This document shows positions 41,371 to 56,662 of a stretch of 64,000 nt of DNA, piece after piece. This DNA is from Eledone cirrhosa (lineage: Eukaryota): positions 19,406,001 through 19,470,000 of the forward strand of contig OZ024766.1 of NCBI GenBank assembly GCA_964016885.1, read 5' to 3'. The notes below the pieces were generated by a model that did no database searches, was not told where the DNA came from, and saw only the letters and a program-made list of their open reading frames with translations. How positions within the stretch are numbered: position 1 is the first letter of the stretch; every line of letters starts with the position of its first letter. A program made the translations under genes and the position numbers.

Positions 41371-42421
41371 GTTTCTTCTTCCCTTGGCAGAATTTACAGA
41401 TGTTATTCTTGTCTTATTTTATATATTATATTCCTGAAGATATTTCTTCTGCTATATTTCCGGCAACGGTGATCTCAGTCAAGATCTGAAGATGATGCAA
41501 ACTTCTTTCTGATCCAAGTTTAGTTAAGATTCAAAATCATCTTGTAAATATTTCAGATGTTGATGAAACAATACTTTTCCAAGAATTTTTCCAAGACACA
41601 CAGTTCTGAGGAAATATTTCACACTAATTCTGCCATAGATTTATATAAACAGTGTTATATGAGTTCTGTATCAAAAGCTTTAGTCTTGAAATGATGATAA
41701 ATAGAGGGGATGTATTCAAGATTAAAAAATAATTTTATCCCAATGTCATCTGATATTCTGAAATAAGAAAGAAACAGTATGAGATAATAGAGAATACTTT
41801 AGAAACAGAGATAGATTTAACATTGGAAATTTTATATTTCTATATTGATAAACTGTAGATATCAACTTTCCTGTCCAGAGTTATTCTCTCCAATGTAAGC
41901 AGTGATATTCCACGATGCTCTATAAACTATATCCATCTAACTCTTGGGAGGTCTGCCCTATAGCCTTTACCCAAGAACTTCATTCTTATATGACATTCTA
42001 ACATGGTAATTGTCTGAGACCTGAGATGTGTAACTTGACAGTTCCTTGGGTAATAGTTCTTTCTACCTGGAAGGGGAAAAGTGCTGTGTAATTGCTTGAT
42101 AACAGTCAAAGGATTCTCACACATGGCAACCCTAGGCACCCCAAAAACATGACTTGTGTTAGGCTTGTAGACACAATTAGTGGGAATTTTTATTCGTAGG
42201 GATTACATAATTTTAGCGCTATTTTTTTTCTTTTCACTCATCAACCACTTTACAGCAAGGACTGGGTGTATTGTTTGTGGCACTAGAGAGGTTATTTTAC
42301 TGGTCTTAAGAGCTCATATACATACATATATATATACATATGTATAGATATTTATATATATATACATATGTATATATACATATATATATACATATATGTA
42401 TATATACATATGTATATATAC

Positions 42422-42452
<31 letters not shown>

Positions 42453-42711
42453 CATATAAATCACACCAGAGATAGAAAACCAGAATTAGTCATTTAGTTT
42501 TCATAATGAGACCACAACCCGTCCTATTTATTTTAAATGGGTGGGGTGAATTAAGAGTGGGGTGGTGGTGTAAAAAATCTCAAAATTAAATGAGTGAGGG
42601 TGGGGGAAAATTATTTGAGACCTAAGTGAAGGTAGAGGACAATTATTTGAGACCAAAGTGAGGGTGGGGAACGATTATTTCGGACCAAAGTTAGAGTGGG
42701 GGACAATTATT

Positions 42712-43571
42712 TGAGCTACACACACATCTGAGTTATACACACATCTACTGAGTTATACACACATCTACTGAGTTACATACACATCTACTGAGTTACACAC
42801 AATCTACTGAGTTACACACACATCTACTGAGTTATACACACATCTACTGAGTTATACACACATCTACTGAGTTACAGACACATCTGAGTTACACAAATGT
42901 CTACTGAGTTACATACACATCTACTGAGTTACACACACATCTACTGAGTTACACACACATCTAGTGAGTTACACACACATCTACTGAGTTACACACACAT
43001 CTACTGAGTTACACACACATCTACTGAGTTACACACACATCTACTGAGTTACATACACAGCTACTGAGTTACACACATCTACTGAGTTACACACACATCA
43101 ACTGAGTTACACACACATCTACTGAGTTACACACACATCTACTGAGTAACACACATCTGAGTTACACACACATCTACTGAGTTATACACACATCTACTGA
43201 GTTATACACACATCTAGTGAGTTACACACACATCTACTGAGTTACACACACATCTACTGAGTTACACACACATCTACTGAGTTACACACATCTACAGAGT
43301 TACACATATCTACTGAGTTACACACACATCTACTGATTTACACACACATCTACTGAGTTATACACACATCTACAGAGTTATACACACATCTACTGAGTTA
43401 CACACACATCTGAGTTATACACACATCTACTGAGTTATACACACATCTACTGAGTTATACACACATCTACTGAGTTATACACATCTACATAGTTACACAC
43501 ACATCTACTGAGTTACACACACATCTACTGAGTTACACACACATCAACTGAGTTACACACACATCTACTCA
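42712..43571. repeat. 20-bp minisatellite array
   Basis: CTACTGAGTTACACACACAT variants. Confidence 0.97.
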
Positions 43572-43873
43572 TACATATTTATAAATAGACACATTATACA
43601 AAATAATTATTAAATACACTCACATCTATGAATGATTGAGGAATAGCTGGTGAAACAGTATAGCAATATGTGTTTCACCCCTTTTGGTGTTACCGGCTAC
43701 ATAGCCTATCCGTATTCTTATATCAGATGTGTAGGTGTATTATCTTGTCTAGTATGTATAATGTATGTATGTATATATACAATATATATACACATATATA
43801 TATGCATATTTACATGAATACATATATATATATATATAGACATATATTTATACATACATATTTATATATATAT

Positions 43874-43905
<32 letters not shown>

Positions 43906-44361
43906 CTTTATATATATATATATACTTTATATATATATATATATACACATATATACTTTATATATATATACCTTATATATATATATACTTTATATATATA
44001 TATATATATATATATACTTTATATATATAAAGTATATAAATATTTAGACAGAAAATACGGGAAAAATTAGTCAGAAATATTTTAAATATAAAACGGAATA
44101 AATTAATGAAAGAAGCGTAAAACAGATAAAAATTGTTGAAATACCTTGAAAATATAAAATATAGAAGAAAGAGACAGGAATTGATTGAGTTTGAAGTAAA
44201 TTAATAAATGAACGAAAGTAGGTGGGGCAGGAACAGGAAATAAAGACAGTAGAGTCTCGCAGTGAATGGTAAGGTTTAGAGTAAGAATTATTTTATTCCT
44301 GGTTGTATAAATAACATTACAAATTATACTGATACGAATAATGTGCTGTAGTAAATATATA

Positions 44362-44399
<38 letters not shown>

Positions 44400-44514
44400 G
44401 TCCGAACAGCAAGTACAGTCTCGCAGTGAATGGTAAGTGTTAGGGGAAGAATTATTTTACTCCTGGTTGTATTAATAACATTACAAATATCAAATAGATA
44501 AAAATATATATACG

Positions 44515-44547
<33 letters not shown>

Positions 44548-44719
44548 CAGGTCCGAAAAAGATATAGAGAAAGTACAGGTTCGCAGTGAATATCTCAAGA
44601 ATTATTTTATTCCTAGTTTTGTAAATAACATTACAAATTATGCTTAGACGAAGAATGTGGAGTAGTAAATATATATATATATATATATATACATACACAT
44701 AAATATGTGTATATATATA

Positions 44720-45161
44720 GAATTACCAATGAATGCGATGAAGAATTTAGTATAAAAGTTGTTCATCAAGGCTCTGTCCTTAGCCCCCTCCTATTTATTA
44801 TTGCCCTTCAGGCTAAAACAGAGGAGTTTAAGACTGGCTGCCCATGAGAACTTCTATACACAGATTATCTAACACCTGAACTAGATAAGATATTCCAAAC
44901 ATGGAAGCATGGCCTAGAATCAAAAGGCCTTAAAGTTAACTTGTCTAAGACTAAAGTTCTAGTATGTAGGAAGGAAAATAAGGCACAGGTGCCCTCTGGG
45001 AAATGGCCATGTTCAGTGTGTAGGAAAGGAGTAGGTAGAAATTCCATTTTATGTCCCAAATACAAACTATGGGTACATAACAGACGTACTGGGAACACAG
45101 GCCAGCTATCTAAGAAAGTAGATTTTATATGTGGCTGATGCTCAGGTGCAATAAGTAGCAA
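44720..45161 (+). mobile_element. RTE RT fragment (unit copy)
   Basis: Same motifs as 23457-23900. Confidence 0.88.
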
Positions 45162-46288
45162 GTTCCAGACGTTGGACCTTCAATGTATCCATACCCAGGG
45201 AGGCAAGGCATTCAGAGTATGGTAGATGGTTGATGGAGCGTATTCACTTGGTTGCACGTCTCTAAACAATTTCCAGGAGGTCAATGTTCTGAGCAAGACA
45301 GGGGTTCCAGACTGGTGATGCAATTTCTAAGTGTGGCCACACCATAGCTATTTACAGCTTTAAATAGATAGATAAATGCATGGTCGTACACATGTACACA
45401 GCCAGCTTTAGTTGCCAGTCCGTGGTTCATTGCTGCATTGTGTCCAGATCTAGTGTTCAGGATCTGTCCTTTTTATCTCAAGGGACAGCTTGATGTCATC
45501 TGCATATTTCAGTACTGTGACATACTTTAAGTTGCCATCTATGTCATTAATATATGTGTAACGGAATTCTCCTATAAATTACCTGGCGAAGATTCAAAAC
45601 CGAATCTAAAAGTTCTCGCATCTGGGACCACCTATCGTTGCGAGTTTCCCACCATTGTCCTGTCAAGAGACAACAATGATAAACATACATGCCACTTGAC
45701 CTGTGACCCCAGCTTCAAGATAGCTGAAACTCACATGGCTACTCATAAATCAACCCCGTATACACATCTAGCTATAGGGTTATTATAAATACAAGTACAA
45801 AGGGAATCCAGCAGCCAGACCACGAAGCAGTAGTCCTTAAGACAATAATGATGTGAAACATTCACATTCTACAGACCTCTTGGGGTCTGCAGACTTCTAC
45901 TGACCTTTTACTCTGTCTCTCTCTCCTGGCCTTACTGGCTCTCACCTTCTTGGCCACAGACTACACCACCAAACAAGTGAGACCAAAGCAGCAGTCCTTG
46001 AGAGGAATAACAAATACTAAGGATACACACACACTCAGTAGGTTTCATTATACTGTTTACTTCTGTGTTTTATCTATTCTTTTGTCTTCCTGTTGAATCA
46101 CTTCTCGTGTATCGTTGTATTGATACATACATACACGCTAGCTCGAAGTAGCTAGTCAGCAAATTGATGTAGTGATAATTCCTGTCACAATTTTTATTAC
46201 TTGATATTCAATGTAGCAAGAAGTTAATATTGTTATTGTAAAATAAACATTGTCAACATCACAATTCTGGCATTATTCTTTTTATCAT

Positions 46289-46913
46289 AGTAAAAACCTA
46301 CTACAGTCAGTAGGCATCTCTATCAAAACACCCCCCCCCCCCCCCCCCGTCCCACCACCTCCACCCCATCCACACCGCCCCTTTCAATGTACAGTTATGT
46401 TGGTCCCACAACATCCAGGCCGAAACAAATGAGATCGTGTAGGTGTCACGACAAAAAAACACACAGTCCACGCTGTAATGTGGCCGTGTAGGCAACACGG
46501 TAAAAACCTCCCAGTCCCACACTGTAAATGTGGTTGGTGTTAGGAAGGGCATCCAGCTGTAGAAATCCCGCCAGACAGTCCACGCTGTAAATGTGGCCGT
46601 GTAGGCAACACGGTAAAAACCTCCCAGCCCCACACTGTAAATGTGGTTGGTGTTAGGAAGGGCATCCAGCTGTAGAAAACCCGCCAGACAGTCCACGCTG
46701 TAATGTGGCCGTGTAGGCAACACGGTAAAAACCTCCCAGCCCCACACTGTAAATGTGGTTGGTGTTAGGAAGGGCATCCAACTGTAGAAAACCCGCCAGA
46801 CAGTCCTATGCGAGCAAGACAACCACTCTTGCCTCAAGTGGGAAAACCCCCGTCCAAACCCATGCAAGCGTGGAACACGGACGCTAAACCTGATGATGAT
46901 GATGATGATGATG
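46289..46913 (+). mobile_element. Unit-specific insertion of the 112-bp-repeat element (~3 units, (GAT)n tail)
   Basis: The empty site TTTTATCATTCATACAC of the other units is split here, with ATCAT on both sides. Homologous to 14250-17465. Confidence 0.9.
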
Positions 46914-47851
46914 ATCATTCATACACAAAAGAATGCATTTATCCACTACATATGCAACAAACAAAAGGGGACACAAATTTCTACACACATACGATCACAT
47001 ATATATAGCGTATGTAAATTCTGAACAATACAGATTTGTCAGCACAAGTCTTGGTTACAACTTCTACAAATAAAATGAAAGGAGAAGAATTTCTTAGTAA
47101 AACAGTTTTATTCAAAATATTAACATTGGTGGCACTATTTTGGGTGAGTGATATGGTTTTTATCTTGTCTGATTGTGTTGCATTAAGTAATCTTTACAAG
47201 AGAATGATTTACCACAGACATCACAGTGATATAGTTCCTCTCCTGTATATGTTAGTGTGTAGGGAAGCCCCAACATTTAGACAATGATTTACCAGACATC
47301 ACAGTGATATGGTTCCTCTCCTGTATATGTTAGTGTCTCTAGTGAAGCCACAACATTTAGAGAATGATTTACTGCAGACATTACAGTGATATGGTTCCTC
47401 TCCTGTATATGTTAGTGTCTAGTGAAGCCACAACATTTAGACAATGATTTTCTGCAGACATTACAGTGATATGGTTCCTCTCCTGTATATGTTAGTGTCT
47501 AGTGAAGCCACAATATTTAGAGAAGGATATACTGCAGACATTACAGTGATATAGTTCCTCTCCTGTAAATGTTAGTGCCGAATGAAGTGAGTTATTTCAG
47601 AGAATGATTTCCCACAGATATCACAGTGATATGGTTTCTCTCCTGTACGTATATGTTTGTGTCTAATTGAATAAGCTATCATGGATAACAATTTACCACA
47701 AATATTACAGTGATTGGCTTTTCTCCAGTATATATATGTTTGTATGAAGTTAAGTAGCAATGAAAGAGAATAGCCCAGTGGCATGGCTTCTCATATGAAT
47801 GTATTTGTGTTTAATTTACCATTGTCAGACATTCAGATATTTTTTTAGTTA

Positions 47852-47944
<93 letters not shown>

Positions 47945-49960
47945 TCATGTATGGGTATGTAAGTGTTTAGTTAAGTAACTACTATCAGAGAATGATTTAC
48001 CACAGATATCACAGTGGTATGGCTTGTCTCCTGTATGCATACGTTTGTGGCAAGTTAAGTTGCTACTTTGAGAGAATGATTTACCACAGATTTCGCAGTG
48101 GTATGGCTTGTCTGCTGTATGTATATGTTTGTGTCTAGTTAAGGTACTACTAACAGAGAATGATATACCACAGATATCACAGTGGTATGGCTTGTCTCCT
48201 GTATGTATACGTACGTGTGTAGTTAAGTGAGTACTTTGAGAGAATGATTTACCACAGATATCACAGTGGTGTGGCTTGTCTCCTGTATGCATATGTTTGT
48301 GGCAAGTTAAGTTGCTACTTCGAGAGAATGATTTACCACAGATTTCGCAGTGGTATGGCTTGTCTGCTGTATGTATACGTTTGTGTCTAGTTAAGGTACT
48401 ACTAACAGAGAATGATTTACCACAGATATCACAGTGATATGGCTTGTCTCCTGTATGTATACGTTTGTGTGTAGTTAAGTGGCTACATTGAGAGAATGAT
48501 TTACCACAGATTTCGCAGTGGTATGGCTTGTCTGCTGCATGTATACGTTTGTGTTTAGTTAAGTGACTACTAACAGAGAATGATATACCACAGATATCAC
48601 AGTGGTATGGCTTGTCTCCTGTATGTATACGTATGTGTGTAGTTAAATGACGACTATCAGAGAATGATTTACCACAGATATCGCAGTGGTATGGCTTTTC
48701 TCCTGTATGTATACGTTTGTGGCAAGTTAAGGTACTACTAACAGAGAATGATTTACCACAGATATCGCAGTGGTATGGCTTGTCTCCTGTATGTATACGT
48801 TTGTGTGGAATTAACTGACCACTTTTAGAGAATGATTTACCACAGACATCACAGTGGTATGGCTTGTCTCCTGTATGGGTACGTAAGTGTGAAGTTAAGG
48901 TACCACTTTCAGAGAATGATTTACCACAGATATCACAGTGGTATGGCTTGTCTCCTGTATGTATACGTTTGTGTCTAGTTAAGGTACTACTAACAGAGAA
49001 TGATATACCACAGATATCACAGTGGTATGGCTTGTCCCCTGTATGTATACGTATGTGTGTAGTTAAGTGACTACTATCAGAGAATGATTTACCACAGATA
49101 TCACAGAGGTGTGGCTTCTCTCCTGTATGTATACGTTTGTGGGAAGTTAAGTTGCTACTTTGAGAGAATGATTTACCACAGATTTCGCAGTAGTATGGCT
49201 TCTCTGCTGTATGTATATGTTTAGATAAGGTACTACTATCAGAGAATGATATACCACAGATATCACAGTGGTATGGCTTGTCTCCTGTATGTATATATTT
49301 GTGGCAAGTTAAGTGGCTACTTTGAGAGAATGATTTATTACAGATATCACAGTGGTGTGGCTTGTCTCCTGTGTGTATACGTTTGTGTCTAGTTAAGGTA
49401 CTACTTTGAGAGAATGATTTACCACAGATATCGCAGTGGTATGGCTTGTCTCCTGTATGTGTACGTTTGTGTGGAATTAACTGAGCATTTTGAGAGAATG
49501 ATTTACCACAGATATCACAGTGGTATGGCTTGTCACCTGTATGTATATGTTTGTGGCTAGTTAAGGTACTCCTAACAGAGAATGATTTACCACAGATTTC
49601 GCAGTGGTATGGCTTGTCTCTTGTATGTGTACGTTTGTGGCAAGTCAAGTTACTACTATCAGAGAATGATCTACCACAGATATCACAGTGGTATGGCTTG
49701 TCTCCTGTATGTATACGTTTGTGTCTAGTTAAGTCACTATTTTGAGAGAATGATTTACCACAGATATCACAGTGGTATGGCTTGTCTCCTATATGTGTAC
49801 GTTTGTGTGGAATTAACTGACCATTTTGAGAGAATGATTTACCACAGACATCACAGTGATATGGTTTCCCCCCTGTAGACTTTGGCATCTCTTCTGGAAT
49901 AGCCATATCTCTAGACAATGTTTCACATTTAATCTTCTTCTCACTCAATTTAGTTTCCAT
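47945..49960 (-). CDS. C2H2 zinc-finger protein Z4, 23 fingers (finger 8 has a 2-aa deletion; a 24th lies beyond a TGA)
   Basis: 671-aa ORF. Confidence 0.92.
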   Translation of the reverse strand: METKLSEKKIKCETLSRDMAIPEEMPKSTGGKPYHCDVCGKSFSQNGQLIPHKRTHIGDKPYHCDICGKSFSQNSDLTRHKRIHTGDKPYHCDICGRSFSDSSNLTCHKRTHTRDKPYHCEICGKSFSVRSTLTSHKHIHTGDKPYHCDICGKSFSQNAQLIPHKRTHTGDKPYHCDICGKSFSQSSTLTRHKRIHTGDKPHHCDICNKSFSQSSHLTCHKYIHTGDKPYHCDICGISFSDSSTLSKHIHTAEKPYYCEICGKSFSQSSNLTSHKRIHTGEKPHLCDICGKSFSDSSHLTTHIRIHTGDKPYHCDICGISFSVSSTLTRHKRIHTGDKPYHCDICGKSFSESGTLTSHLRTHTGDKPYHCDVCGKSFSKSGQLIPHKRIHTGDKPYHCDICGKSFSVSSTLTCHKRIHTGEKPYHCDICGKSFSDSRHLTTHIRIHTGDKPYHCDICGISFSVSSHLTKHKRIHAADKPYHCEICGKSFSQCSHLTTHKRIHTGDKPYHCDICGKSFSVSSTLTRHKRIHTADKPYHCEICGKSFSRSSNLTCHKHMHTGDKPHHCDICGKSFSQSTHLTTHVRIHTGDKPYHCDICGISFSVSSTLTRHKHIHTADKPYHCEICGKSFSQSSNLTCHKRMHTGDKPYHCDICGKSFSDSSYLTKHLHTHT

Positions 49961-51014
49961 GTTTCTTCTTCCCTTGGCAGAATTTACAGATGTTCTTCTT
50001 GTCTTATTTTATATATTATATTCCTGAAGATATTTCTTCTGCTATATTTCCGGCAACGGTGATCTCAGTCAAGATCTGAAGATGATGCAAACTTCTTTCT
50101 GATCCAAATTTAGTTAAGATTCAAAATCATCTTGTAAATATTTCAGATGCTGATGAAACAATACTTTTCCAAGAATTTTTCCAAGACACACAGTTCTGAG
50201 GAAATATTTCACACTAATTCTGCCATAGATTTATATAAACAATGTTATATGAGTTCCTTATCAAAACCTTTAGTCTTGAAATGATGATAAATAGAGGGGA
50301 TGTATTCAAGATTAAAAATCTAATTTTATCCCAATGTCATCTGATATTCTGAAATAAGAAAGAAACAGTATGAGATAATAGAGAATACTTTAGAAACAGA
50401 GATAGATTTAACATTGGAAATTTTATATTTCTATATTGATAAACTTTAGATATCAACTTTCCTGTCCAGAGTTATTCTCTCCAATGTAAGCAGTGATATT
50501 CCACGATGCTCTATAAACTATATCCTTCTAACTCTTGGGAGGTCTGCCCTATAGCCTTTACCCAAGAACTTCATTCTTATATGACATTCTAACATGGTAA
50601 TTGTCTGAGACCTGAGATGTGTAACTTGACAGTTCCTTGAGTAACAGTTCTTTCTACCTGGAAGGGGAAAAGTGCTGTGTAATTGCTTGATGACAGTCAA
50701 AGGATTCTCACACATGGCAACCCTAGGCACCCCAATAACATGACTTGTGTTAGGTTTGTAGACACAATTAGTGGGAATTTTTATTCGTAGGGATTACATA
50801 ATTTTAGCGCTATTTTTTTTTTTTCTGTTTGGATGCCTTTCCACTCATCAACCACTTTACAGCAAGGACTGGGTGTATTGTTTGTTCACTAGAGAGGTTA
50901 TTTTACTGGTCTTAAGCTCATATACATACATATATAGATTTATATATATATACATACATATATATATACATATGTATAGATATTTATATATATACATATG
51001 TATATATATATATA

Positions 51015-51820
51015 ATCAGGGAAATGGCCATGTTCGATATGCAGAAAAGGAACTGGCATAAATTCTATAAAATGCACACAATGTAGGTCCTGGGTACACA
51101 AGAGATGTAGCGGGATAGCAGGCAAACTAACAGGTAGGGAGAAATATGTATGCAGTAGATGTACAGGGAAATTAGACAGTAGAAGTCGCACTGATAGACA
51201 CATTTTTCAAATGCGAGAGGGTGCTATAGAAGTGGTGGATAGCTTCCGGTACCTAGGAGATCAGATTAGCATGGGAGGAGGGTGTTCCGAGGCCATAGTA
51301 TCTAGAATAAGGACGGGTTGGAAGAAGTTTAGGGAGCTGCTTCCTCTGTTGACGAAGAAGGGTTTCTCCCTGCGTACGAAAGGCTGGTTGTATGATGCCT
51401 GTGTGAGGAGCGCGATGCTGCATGGTAGTGAGACATGGGCAGCTACCGCAGAAGATATGCGACGGCTGGAGAGAAATGAGGCAAGCATGCTCCGTTGGAT
51501 GTGCAGTGTAAATGTGCGTGAACGACCCAGCATAAATGTGTTGAGAGAGAAACTGTGTCTGAGAGGGATAGAATGTAGTGTACGGGAGAGGAGACTGAGG
51601 TGGTATGGACATGTGATGCGCATGGAGGATGACCGATGGGTGAAGAAGTGCCAGGAAATGCCAGTTGAAGGAAGACGTAGTAGAGGTAGACCACGAAAAA
51701 CATGGGCGGAGGTGGTGAGAACAGACCTCAGATCATTGAAGCTCACGGTGGAGATGACGAGGGACCGTGACGAGTGGAGAGATGCTGTGCTAAATAAGAC
51801 CCGTCCCACCCTTGCAAGCA
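51015..51820 (+). mobile_element. 5'-truncated RTE LINE 3' end inserted in the intronic (TA)n tract of Z4
   Basis: GKWPCSIC...; [11 protein letters not shown]...[17 protein letters not shown]...[12 protein letters not shown]...RGRPRKTW...RDEWR. Absent from the other units. Confidence 0.93.
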
Positions 51821-51833
51821 TATATATATATAC

Positions 51834-51866
<33 letters not shown>

Positions 51867-51878
51867 CATATATAAATA

Positions 51879-51914
<36 letters not shown>

Positions 51915-52177
51915 CATATATATACATATATATATACATATATATACATATATATATACATATATATATACATATATATATATATACATATAAATTTCAC
52001 CAGAGATAGAAAACCAGAATTAGTTATTTAGTTTACACAATGAGACCACAACCCGTCCTATTTATTTTAAATGGGTGGGGTGAATTAAGAGTGGGGTGGT
52101 GGTGTAAAAAATCTGAAAATTAAATGAGGGTGGGGGAAAATTATTTGAGACCTAAACGAGGGTAGGGGACAATTATT

Positions 52178-52763
52178 TGAGCTACACACACATCTACTGA
52201 GTTACACACACATCTACTGAGTTACATACACATCTACTGAGTTACATACACATCTACTGAGTTACACACACATCTACTTAGTTACACACACATCAACTGA
52301 GTTACATACACATCTACTGAGTTATACACACATCTACTGAGTTACACACACATCTACTGAGTTATACACACATCTACTGAGTTATACACACATCTACTGA
52401 GTTAGACACACATCGGAGTTACATACACATCTACTGATTTACACACATCGGAGTTACATACACATCTACTGAGTTACACACACATCTACTGAGTTATACA
52501 CACATCTGAGTTACACACACATCTACTGAGTTACACACACATCTACTGGGTTATACACACATCTACTGAGTTATACACATCTACTGAGTAACACACACAT
52601 CTACTGAGTTATACACATCTACTGAGTTACACACACATCTACTGAGTTATACACACATCTACTGAGTTATACACACATCTACTGAGTTATACACACATCT
52701 ACTGAGTTATACACACATCTACTGAGTTACACACACATCTACAGAGTTATACACACATCTACT
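52178..52763. repeat. 20-bp minisatellite array
   Basis: CTACTGAGTTACACACACAT variants. Confidence 0.97.
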
Positions 52764-53408
52764 TATACATTTTTATAAATAGACACATTATACAAAATAA
52801 TTATTATATACACACACATCTATGAATGATTGTGGAAGAGCTGGTGAAACACTATAGCAATGTGTTTCACCCATTTCGGTTTTACCGGCTACATAGCCTA
52901 TCCGTAGTCTTATATCAGATGTGAAGGTGTATTATCTTGTCTAGTATGTATAATGTATGTATGTATGTATATATACAATATATATACACATATATATATG
53001 CATATTTACATGAATACATATATATATATACACATATATTTATACTTTATATATATATATATATATATACATATATATACTTTATATATATAAAGTATAT
53101 AAATATTTAGACAGAAAATACGGGAAAAATTAGTCAGAAATATTTTAAATATAAAACGGAATAAATTAATGAAAGAAACGTAAAAAAGATAAAAATTGTT
53201 GAAATACCTTGAAAATATAAAATATAGAAGAAAGAGGCAGGAATTGATTGAGTTTGAAGTAAATTAATGAATGAACGAAAGTAGGTGGGGCAGGAACAGG
53301 AAATAAAGACAGTACAGTCTCGCAGTGAATGGTAAGGTTTAGAGTAAGAATTATTTTATTCCTGGTTGTATAAATAAAATTACAAATAGCACAAATATCA
53401 AATAGATA

Positions 53409-53463
<55 letters not shown>

Positions 53464-53698
53464 ACACCAGGTCCGAAAAAGAAATAGAGAAAGTACAGGT
53501 TCGCAGTGAATATCTCAAGAATTATTTTATTACTAGTTTTGTAAATAACATTACAAATTATACTTAGACGAAGAATGTGGAGTAGTAAATATATATATAT
53601 ATACACATGAATATGTGTATATATATATATATACATACACATAAATATGTGTATATATATATACACATAAATATGTGTATATATATATATATATATAT

Positions 53699-54142
53699 AA
53701 TTACCAATGAATACAGTGAAGAATTTAGTATAAAAGTTGGTGTTCATCAAGGCTCTGTCCTTAGCCCCCTTGTATTTATTATTGCCCTTCAGGCTAAAAC
53801 AGAGGAGTTTAAGACTGGCTGCCCATGGGAACTTCTATACACAGATGATCTAACAGCTGAACTAGATAAGATATTCCAAACATGGAAGCATGGCCTAGAA
53901 TCAAAAGGCCTTAAAGTTAACTTGTCTAAGACTAAAGTTCTAGTATGTAGGAAGGAAAATAGGGCACAGGTGCCCTCTGGGAAATGGCCATGTTCAGTGT
54001 GTAGGAAAGGAGTAGGTAGAAATTCCATTTTATTTCCCAAATACAAACTATGGGTACATAACAGACGTACTGGGAACACAGGCCAGCTATCTAAGAACGT
54101 AGATTTTATATGTGGCTGATGCTCAGGTGCAATAAGTAGCAA
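53699..54142 (+). mobile_element. RTE RT fragment (best-preserved unit copy)
   Basis: [45 protein letters not shown] in one frame. Confidence 0.9.
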
Positions 54143-55534
54143 GTTCCAGACGTCGGACCTTCAATGTATCCATACCCAGGGAGGCAAGGCATTCAGAGTA
54201 TGGTAGATACTTGATGGAGGGTATTCACTTGGTTGCACGTCTCTAAACAATTTCCAGATCAATGTTCTGAGCAAGACAGGGGTTCCAGACTGGTGATGCA
54301 AATTCTAAGTGTGGCCGCACCATAGCTATTTACAGCTTTAAATAGATAGATAAATGCATGGTCGTACACTTGTACACAGCCAGCTTGAGTTGCCAGTCCG
54401 TGGTCCATTGCTGCATTGTGTCCAGATCTATAGTGTTCAGGATCTGTCCTATTTATCTCAAAGGACAGCTTGATGTCATCTGCATATTTCAGTACTGTGA
54501 CACTCTTTAAGTTGCCATCTATGTCATTAATAGATGTGTAACGGAATTCTCCTATAAATTACTTGCCGAATCTAAAAGTTCTCGCATCTGGGACCACCTA
54601 TCGTTGCGAGTTTCCCACCATTGTCCTGTCAAGAGACAACAATGATGAACATACATGCCACTTGACCTGTGACCCCAGCTTCAAGATAGCTGAAACTCAC
54701 ATGGCTACTCATAAATCAACCCTGTATACACATCCTTCTAGCTATAGGGTTATTATAAATACAAGTACAAAGGGAATCCAGCAGCCAGACCACGAAGCAG
54801 TAGTCCTTAAGAGAATAATGATGTGAAACATTCACATTCTACAGACCTCTTGGTGTCTACAGACTTCTACTGACCTCTCTGGACCTTTTACTCTATCTCT
54901 CTCTCCTGGCCTTACTGGCTCTCACCTTCTTGGCCACAGACTACACCACCAAACAAGAGAGACCGAAGCACCAGTCCTTGAGAGGAATAACAAATACTAA
55001 GGATACACACACACTCAGTAGGTTTCATTATACTGTTTACTTCTGTGTTTTATCTATTCTTTTGTCTTCCTGTTGAATCACTTCTCGTGTATCGTTGTAT
55101 TGATACATACATACACGCTAGCTCGAAGTAGCTAGTCAGCAAATTGATGTAGTGATAATTCCTGTCACAAATTTTTATTACTTGATATTCAATGTAGCAA
55201 CAAGTTAATATTGTTATTGTAAAATAAACATTGTCAACATCACAATTCTGGCATTATTCTTTTTATCATTCATACACAGAAGAATACATTTATCCACTAC
55301 ATATGCAACAAACAAAAGGGGACACAAATTTCTACACACATACATTCACATATATATAGCGTATGTAAATTCTGAACGATACAGATTTGTCAGCACAAGT
55401 CTTGGTTACAACTTCTACAAATAAAATGAAAGAAGAATTTTTTAGTAAAACAGTTTTATTCAAAATATTAACGTTGGTGGCACTATTTTGGGTGAGTGAT
55501 ATGGTTTTTATCTTGTCTGAAAGTAATCTTTACA

Positions 55535-56460
55535 AGAGAATGATTTACCACAGACATAACAGTGATATAGTTCCTCTCCTGTATATGTTAGTGTGTAGTG
55601 AAGCCCCAACATTTAGACAATGATTTACTGCAGACATTACAGTGATATGGTTCCTCTCCTGTATATGTTAGTGTCTAGTGAAGCCACAACATTTAGACAA
55701 TGATTTACCACAGACATCACAGTGATATAGTTCCTCTCCTGTATATGTTAGTGTCTAGTGAAGCCAAAACATTTAGACAATGATTTACCACAGACATCAC
55801 AGTGATATAGTTCCTCTCCTGTATATGTTAGTGTGTAGTGAAGCCACAACATTTAGACAATGATTTACCACAGACATCACAGTGATATAGTTCCTCTCCT
55901 GTATATGTTAGTGTCTAGTGAAGCCACAATATTTAGAGAAGGATTTACTGCAGACATCACAGTGATATAGTTCCTCTCCTGTATATGTTAGTGTCTAGTG
56001 AAGCCACAACATTTAGACAATGATTTGCCAGACATCACAGTGATATGGTTCCTCTCCTGTATATGCTAGAGTCTAGTGAAGCCCCAACATTTAGACAATG
56101 ATTTACTGCAGACATTACAGTGATATGGTTCCTCTCCTGTATATGATAGTGTCTAATGAAGCCACAACATTTAGACAATGATTTACTGCAGACATTACAG
56201 TGATATGGTTTCTCTCCTGTATATGTTAGTGTCTAGTGAAGCCACAATATTTAGAGAAGGATTTACTGCAGACATTACAGTGATATGGTTCCTCTCCTGT
56301 ATATGTTAGTGTCTTGTGAAGCCACAACATTTAGACAATGATTTACCACAGACATCACAGTGATATAGTTCCTCTCCTGTATATGTTGGTGTCTAGTAAA
56401 GCCACAATATTTAGAGAATGATTTCCCACAGATATCACAGTGATATAGTTCCTCTCCTGT
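55535..56460 (-). repeat. 80-bp finger-derived satellite in the Z5 3' UTR (~11 copies)
   Basis: CAGACATCACAGTGATATAG at 55711, 55791 and 55871 gives period 80. Confidence 0.92.
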
Positions 56461-56662
56461 CTGTATATGCTTGTGTCTAGTTGAACAAGCTATCATGGAT
56501 AACAATTTGCCACAAATATTACAGTGATTGGCTTTTCTCCAGTATATATATGTTTGTATGAAGTTAAGTAGCAATGAAAGAGAATAGCACAGTGGCATGG
56601 CTTCTCATATGAATGTATTTGTGTTTAATTCACCATTGTCAGACAATGAGATATTTTTTTGG

